Origin: Candidatus Latescibacterota bacterium
GTDB lineage: Bacteria; Latescibacterota; UBA2968; GCA-2709665
DNA length: 64,000 nucleotides
Direction: 5' to 3'
Assembly (NCBI GenBank): GCA_965219455.1
Contig: OZ244744.1
Location: 4,480,001-4,544,000, forward strand
Shown: piece by piece, positions 58,690-64,000 of the stretch
How the letters are laid out: every line of letters starts with the position of its first letter
Position numbering within the stretch: the stretch's first letter is position 1
Program-made: the position numbers and the translations under genes
The notes under the pieces: model-generated
Database searches by the model: none
Seen by the model: only the letters and a program-made list of their open reading frames with translations
What the model was told of the DNA's origin: nothing

Positions 58690-59595
58690 ATGAAACCGCA
58701 GGTTGAGGCCGGGGCGGCGAGTCTGGCGCTATCGTGGGTGCGCGTGATGGACTACGTGGCCCTCACTAAACCCAAAATCACCGTATTCGTCGCATTGAGT
58801 ACAACGGTAGGTTTTGTTCTGGGTGCGGCCGGTGTCTTCGAGTTCCTTCGACTCTTGCATACGCTGCTGGCGACGTTCCTGGTCGCGAGCGGTTCGGCGG
58901 TGCTGAATCAGTTCCTGGAGCGGAAGTTGGATGCCCGGATGGAGCGGACCGCGAACCGGCCCCTGCCCGCCGGCCGCCTGTATCCGGAAGAGGCCTTTCT
59001 TTTAGGGCTGCTGTTGTCCGGAATCGGTATCCTTTATATGGGGCTGCAAATCAACTGGTTGGCGAGTTTTCTGGCTGCGTTGACGTCGGTTATTTATCTT
59101 TTTCTGTATACACCGCTGAAGCGGAAATCCACGCACAACACCGCCGTCGGCGCCATCGCGGGGGCGTTACCGCCCGTGGGCGGTTGGGCCGCGGCGCAGG
59201 GGGAGATCGGCGGCGGCGCGTGGCTGCTGTTCGGTATTCTGTTTTTCTGGCAGTTCCCGCACTTTTTCTCTATCGCCTGGATCTATCGGGAAGACTACGT
59301 CCGCGGCGGATTCAAAATGATTTCGACAAACGATCCGGAGGGCCGGCGCACGGCCAGGCAAATCAACATTTACAGCGCCATCCTGCTGGCTTTTTGCCTG
59401 CTCCCCTGGCTGGCGGGATTGGGCGGTGTGCTTTACCTTGCCGTGGCTGTGGCAGTGGGGCTCCCCCTTCTGTATTCCGGTATTGTGTTTGCCAGAACCC
59501 GGTCCGAGCAAAACGCGAGGCGGCTGTTGCGCACGACGCTGATCTATCTGCCTCTGCTTTGGATCGCCCTGTTGTTCGATACGTTCAGTTTGTGA
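58690..59595 (+). CDS. ctaB: Protoheme IX farnesyltransferase (heme O synthase)
   Basis: LTKPKI, NQFLERKLDARMERTANRPLPAG, YTPLKR, GALPP and WQFPHF. Confidence 0.95.
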   Translation: MKPQVEAGAASLALSWVRVMDYVALTKPKITVFVALSTTVGFVLGAAGVFEFLRLLHTLLATFLVASGSAVLNQFLERKLDARMERTANRPLPAGRLYPEEAFLLGLLLSGIGILYMGLQINWLASFLAALTSVIYLFLYTPLKRKSTHNTAVGAIAGALPPVGGWAAAQGEIGGGAWLLFGILFFWQFPHFFSIAWIYREDYVRGGFKMISTNDPEGRRTARQINIYSAILLAFCLLPWLAGLGGVLYLAVAVAVGLPLLYSGIVFARTRSEQNARRLLRTTLIYLPLLWIALLFDTFSL

Positions 59596-59686
59596 GATCG
59601 GGCTACGCAATCCAGGTATTTCCAGGTGATAGGGGTTGCCTATCACCTTTCTCTTTTCGGAAGATGAAGGTTTCCAAGGAGTTTCT

Positions 59687-60628
59687 GTGTCGATTGCCAT
59701 AGCGGTTGCCGGGCTACGCCATTGTTACGGAAAACGGAGAGCACTGGACGGTATCAGCCTTCGAATCGAGAAGGGGGAAGTCTATGGCCTGCTCGGCCCG
59801 AACGGCGGCGGGAAGACGACCCTGTTCCGCATCCTCAGCACCCTGCTGGAGCCCAACGATGGAACGGTTCGTATATTGGGCCGTGATCCCCTGCGAGATG
59901 CGGCAGGAATACGTGCGCGCATCGGGGTTGTGTTTCAGCACGCCAGCCTGGACCTCAAGCTGACGGTTCTTGAGAATCTGCGCCACCAGGGCCATCTATA
60001 TGGTCTGCGTGGGCGGAGCCTGCTGGAGCGAATCGAATCGGTTCTCGGGAGGGTCCGCCTCACGGATCGCAGAGACGACCGGACGGAGGAGCTTTCCGGC
60101 GGACTTCGGCGGCGGGTGGACCTGGCAAGGGGGCTGTTGCACGGGCCGGAGCTGTTGCTATTCGACGAACCCTCCAGTGGATTGGATCCGCTCGCCCGGA
60201 GGGCGTTGTGGGGCGATCTGCAGAAGCTTCGGGAGGAACAGGGTGTCACGGTCCTGCTGACCACGCATTTCATCGAGGAAGCGGAGCGATGCGACCGGGT
60301 GGGCATCCTGGATCGGGGGCGGCTTGTCACGGAGGGTACGCCGGAGGCACTGAAGCGTTCGATGAACAAAGACGTGTTGGTGATTGAAGCGGAACATACG
60401 GAGGCATTGAGCGCCGATATTGAAGCGCGGGTGAGCGTTTCGCCCGTACTCCTGGACGGTACCGTGCGGATCGAGTGTGACGACGGGCAGGCGATGATGG
60501 CATCTCTGTACGCCTGTTTCAGGGAACGGATTTCTGCAATCAGACTGGGAAGGCCCACGTTGGAGGATGTGTTTATCCGTGAGACCGGGCGTCCGTTCGA
60601 GTCGGAGGAGGGCGAAAATGCCGGCTGA
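59687..60628 (+). CDS. ABC transporter ATP-binding protein (DrrA-like)
   Basis: GPNGGGKTT, LSGG, DEPSSGLD and TTH. Confidence 0.93.
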   Translation: MSIAIAVAGLRHCYGKRRALDGISLRIEKGEVYGLLGPNGGGKTTLFRILSTLLEPNDGTVRILGRDPLRDAAGIRARIGVVFQHASLDLKLTVLENLRHQGHLYGLRGRSLLERIESVLGRVRLTDRRDDRTEELSGGLRRRVDLARGLLHGPELLLFDEPSSGLDPLARRALWGDLQKLREEQGVTVLLTTHFIEEAERCDRVGILDRGRLVTEGTPEALKRSMNKDVLVIEAEHTEALSADIEARVSVSPVLLDGTVRIECDDGQAMMASLYACFRERISAIRLGRPTLEDVFIRETGRPFESEEGENAG

Positions 60629-61427
60629 CGCAAGGCGTGGCGAGGGGTTTTTTCTGCCGGCGGCTACGCTGTGGAAGCGGGAACTCGTACGATTTGCCAG
60701 AGACCGGCACCGGTTGTTCGGCGCCATCCTGCAACCCGTCGTGTTCTGGCTGCTGTTGGGCATTGGAATGAATGCGTCTTTCGCACCCGCCGGGCTGGCG
60801 GGTACGATGAGTTACCTGGAATATATCTATCCGGGCACGCTCCTGATGGTGCTGCTTTTTACCGCTATTTTCTCCACGATTTCGGTGGTTGAGGACCGGA
60901 GAGAGGGGTTCATGCAATCCGTGCTGGTCGCGCCGGTTTCCCGAAGCGGCGTGGTTCTCGGCAAGGTGCTGGGTGGTACGACGCTGGCGGTGTTGGAAGG
61001 GATGGTGTTCCTGGTGTTCGTCTATCAGCTGGACATTCCGGTCAGCCCTGTTTCTCTCGCGGCAACGGTGGCGTTTCTGTTTCTGGTGGGTTTGGCGCTA
61101 ACGGGCCTGGGTTTTGCAATCGCGTGGCGAATGGCGTCCACGGCGGGCTTCCATGCAATTATGAATCTGTTTCTGTTGCCCATGTGGGCGCTCTCGGGGG
61201 CGCTGTTTCCGCTTTCCGGCGTGCCGGACTGGCTTGGGTGGGTGATGCGGATAAATCCATTGACGTACGGCGTCGCGGGGGTGCGGCATACTCTGTATAT
61301 GGAGGCGCCTGAATTGACGGGGCAGATTCCGCCGCTGGAGGCGTGCATTGTTGTGACGTGTCTGTTCGTTCTGTTGACGTTGGGCATTTCCCTGGGTGTG
61401 ATCAGGCGACGGGAAGGAGCGCGATAA
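60618..61427 (+). CDS. ABC-2 type transporter permease
   Basis: Six TM helices; EDRREGF, VAPVSR, SGALFP and INPLTY. Confidence 0.92.
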   Translation: MPADARRGEGFFLPAATLWKRELVRFARDRHRLFGAILQPVVFWLLLGIGMNASFAPAGLAGTMSYLEYIYPGTLLMVLLFTAIFSTISVVEDRREGFMQSVLVAPVSRSGVVLGKVLGGTTLAVLEGMVFLVFVYQLDIPVSPVSLAATVAFLFLVGLALTGLGFAIAWRMASTAGFHAIMNLFLLPMWALSGALFPLSGVPDWLGWVMRINPLTYGVAGVRHTLYMEAPELTGQIPPLEACIVVTCLFVLLTLGISLGVIRRREGAR

Positions 61428-61432
61428 ATACG

Positions 61433-62065
61433 ATGGGCGTACCCGGACAGGTTCGTGTTTTCTGGTTGGTATTGATAGGCGCAACACTATTGATGCTGAC
61501 GGTGGGGGCGTTTCTGTTCTTGCGTGAAGTCAAGGCGATACGGGCGCAGTCTCAGCGGCTGCCGGTTCTGAGCGAGGTTCCGGAGTTCGTGCTCGTGGAA
61601 CGCAGCGGGACGGATGTACGGCTTTCGGACCTGCTCGGCCGGGTGTGGGTTGCGGATTTTATCTTCACCCATTGTGCGGGTCCGTGTCCGCTGCTTTCGG
61701 CGCAGATGCAGGCGCTTCAGGCGCCGCTGAGGGAGATGCCGGATGCGCGGCTGGTGTCCTTTTCGGTGGATCCGGAGCGGGATACGCCGGGAGTGCTTTC
61801 GGAGTACGCGGATCGTTATCTCGCGGATAAGGATCGCTGGCTGTTTCTGACGGGCGAGAAGGCCAGGGTGTACAGCGTTATTCTCGAGGGATTTCAACTG
61901 GGCGTGGGCGGTGTGGAGGCCGGCACCGACCAGATCATGCACAGTCTGCGCTTTGCGCTGGTGGACAGGAAAGGGAGGGTTCGGGCCTACTACGACGGGA
62001 CCGACCCGGGTCTCCCGAGGAAATTACTCCCCGAGTTGAGGATGCTGTTGAAGGAAAGCGACTGA
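61433..62065 (+). CDS. SCO1/SenC copper chaperone
   Basis: FIFTHCAGPCP, SVDPERDTP and conserved His (IMHS). Confidence 0.93.
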   Translation: MGVPGQVRVFWLVLIGATLLMLTVGAFLFLREVKAIRAQSQRLPVLSEVPEFVLVERSGTDVRLSDLLGRVWVADFIFTHCAGPCPLLSAQMQALQAPLREMPDARLVSFSVDPERDTPGVLSEYADRYLADKDRWLFLTGEKARVYSVILEGFQLGVGGVEAGTDQIMHSLRFALVDRKGRVRAYYDGTDPGLPRKLLPELRMLLKESD

Positions 62066-62299
62066 GTTTCGCCGCCTCCTGGTGTGCGGTTCGAACGCCC
62101 GTTCAATCGATATCTGTCGGATTCGGCACCGATTCGGCACAGGCGTCCGCTAACAACCCCGTCCGTTTGATGGAACCCGATGGTTGCCAGGGAGTTAGAA
62201 CAAGCGTTGCAAACCCGGGCTTGCCGACTTCATGGCGATACCCGGGCGAACCCGTTCAAAGCGGTTGTCTCGCCCGTCTTGTTTTTTCCGAGGGATCTT

Positions 62300-62998
62300 G
62301 TGCGCTGGACACTGGCGTTGTGTTGTCTGTTTTCTCTTATGGGCTGTGGTCTTCTGGACAAACAGGAAGAGCCGCAGATTGTTGCGGTCACCACGGACCA
62401 GGACGAGTATCCATCCGTAGGTCGGGGAAGCAAGGTCCAGATTACACTGTTCACAGACGACGCGGACAACGACGAACTGGACTATCTCTGGACGGATCTC
62501 AAGAAGGAGGCGGGCGGTCAGTTCGCGGCCAGCCGACTGGATTCCTTGACGGGTCTCTTCCAGGATTCCGTGACCGTGGTCTGGATTGCGCCCGTCGCGG
62601 TGGGCGTATATACGCTCAAGGTGGAGGTGGATGACGGGAGGTCCGGAACCAAAACGGAGGGGATGGTTGAAATCCACGTCACCCAGGCCCCGCCCGTGGC
62701 GGACGCAGGGATAGATCGTGCCATCGCCTACGCGAGCGGACTCCGCGTGACACTGGACGGTACGGGCAGTTCGGACCCGGAAAGGGACGTTCTCCGGTAT
62801 ATCTGGACCCAGCTGGACGGCCCCGGCGTTGATTTCGACGCAGAAAACAGCATGCCGGTTTTCCGGGCCGTTGCGCCTGCCGACTTTGTTTTTGCATTGC
62901 GGGTCCGCGACGACGTTGTCGTTGCGGAGGGCGCGGTCACAAGCGATCCGGACACCGTGACGGTGCGCGTGGACGACCGCCTGGGCTTTGGATTCTGA
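62300..62998 (+). CDS. Putative lipoprotein with Ig-like/PKD domains
   Basis: Lipobox-like LMGC; DADNDELDYLW, PVADAG, LDGTGSSDP and YIWTQLDGP. Confidence 0.8.
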   Translation: MRWTLALCCLFSLMGCGLLDKQEEPQIVAVTTDQDEYPSVGRGSKVQITLFTDDADNDELDYLWTDLKKEAGGQFAASRLDSLTGLFQDSVTVVWIAPVAVGVYTLKVEVDDGRSGTKTEGMVEIHVTQAPPVADAGIDRAIAYASGLRVTLDGTGSSDPERDVLRYIWTQLDGPGVDFDAENSMPVFRAVAPADFVFALRVRDDVVVAEGAVTSDPDTVTVRVDDRLGFGF

Positions 62999-63078
62999 GG
63001 CGTTGTCGGGTCGGTCAACGGTGTGAGGCGCAGGCATTGACCTGCCTTTTTTGTTTCTGGCGGTATCGGAGGGGACAG

Positions 63079-64000
63079 TTGGCGCGGGTTTCGGCAAATT
63101 CGGTCTTTCTCACCGCGGAAAAAAGCGCCCACCTGTTGGGAGGGATGCTGCTGCTGGTGGGCGTGGCCCGGTTTCTCGAGGGGAGCGGACTGGCCGACTA
63201 TGTCTTCGTTATTGGCCTGACCGCTTTTTTCGTTCCACTCCTGGATGCGGGATCGAACAACCGGGTCATCAAGGCCGCGGCGTCGAGCCTGGCCGAAGGT
63301 CGGATCGCGTGTTCCGAGGCCCTGTCGTTCAAGCTGGTGCTTGCCCTGCCGGCGCTGGGGGTGATGGTGGGGGCCGCCTGGGCGTTCGGAACCGGGCCGG
63401 ACGTGACGCTGGCCGCCCTTCTTGTGGGCGTTTCGACGGTGTTGATGAGTTTGGGCGACGGGTTCAACGCGGTGTTCAAGGGTCTCCAGCGATCCGGATA
63501 CTGCGCCCTGCTTATGCTTGGGCTCAACGTCCTGCTGCTGGCGAGCGGGTTCGGCGCGATGATTGCCGGTTGGGATATTGTGGGCGTCGGGATGTGCTAT
63601 CTGGTCTGCCGTGCGGGGTATCTGGCGGCGGGGTTTGTCTTTATCCGGCGGGCCGCGGGTGAACTCGGTCTTGCCTTGCGTCCTGGACTCAATTGGCGTC
63701 GGATCGTGGAGGGGTTGAAACATCTGCCCGCGGTGTATTTCCTGATTAATCTGTTGAACCTGAACTTCCTGACGACCTATTATCAGACCGGAGGCGGCGC
63801 GGAAGCCGGATATCTGGCCGTCGGGTACCGGCTGGCGGCAGCGCTGCTCATTCTGATTGGTGCGAGTTTTGAGGCCGTCTTGCCCGCGCTGAGCACCCGT
63901 CTGCCGGATCGGCGGGCGTTCGTGAAACTCGTCGCGCGGTCGGCCCTGACACTGACGGGCATCGCCATTGTGGTTTCGGCCGCCGTTCACGTGATGCTCG
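63079..64000 (+). CDS. Oligosaccharide flippase (Wzx/MOP family), cut by window end
   Basis: TTG start after GGAGGGG; MARVSANSVFL...VARFL....LADY...LLDAG...; multi-TM; AGYLAVGYRL. Absent from the ORF track because it has no stop in the window. Confidence 0.8.
   Translation, partial: MARVSANSVFLTAEKSAHLLGGMLLLVGVARFLEGSGLADYVFVIGLTAFFVPLLDAGSNNRVIKAAASSLAEGRIACSEALSFKLVLALPALGVMVGAAWAFGTGPDVTLAALLVGVSTVLMSLGDGFNAVFKGLQRSGYCALLMLGLNVLLLASGFGAMIAGWDIVGVGMCYLVCRAGYLAAGFVFIRRAAGELGLALRPGLNWRRIVEGLKHLPAVYFLINLLNLNFLTTYYQTGGGAEAGYLAVGYRLAAALLILIGASFEAVLPALSTRLPDRRAFVKLVARSALTLTGIAIVVSAAVHVML

Overview
GC-rich bacterial chromosomal segment from a diderm (TonB-dependent receptor, lipoprotein signal peptidase, Wzx flippase). 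The gene content suggests a Latescibacterota/Gemmatimonadota-like lineage (inference only). Bases 1-35000 hold accessory and catabolic genes: a HigA tail, a broken GNAT gene, a beta-propeller protein, three tandem NAD-dependent epimerase/dehydrogenases, gcvPA/gcvPB, a sigma-70 factor with a long structured leader, ferritin, a FecA-like receptor, oxidoreductases, glycosyltransferases, an amidase/dimethylformamidase-like/amidohydrolase cluster, DHDPS-like and UxuA-like genes, and a rifampicin-phosphotransferase-like dikinase. Bases 35000-43600 are housekeeping (yggS, yggT, mtnP, NUDIX, ileS type 2, dksA/traR, lspA, rluD). Bases 43800-62100 form a respiratory supercluster: a divergent 2x[4Fe-4S] ferredoxin, a HEAT-repeat membrane protein, a Rieske protein, split cytochrome b6-like subunits, an octaheme cytochrome c, aa3-type oxidase subunits II/I/III/IV, heme A and heme O synthases, an ABC transporter and SCO. 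The most notable observation is a ~28-aa motif ([IV]DL[ST]x[FL][DN]xIxDRVARAKAKAExxR[KR]A) present once at the ferredoxin N-terminus and twice in the N-terminal extension of the Rieske protein, suggesting a docking system that may couple ferredoxin to the bc/aa3 complex. Three families of MITE-like repeats are scattered through intergenic regions. No rRNA, tRNA, CRISPR array or intact transposase was recognised. All calls come from reading the sequence by eye, without database searches.
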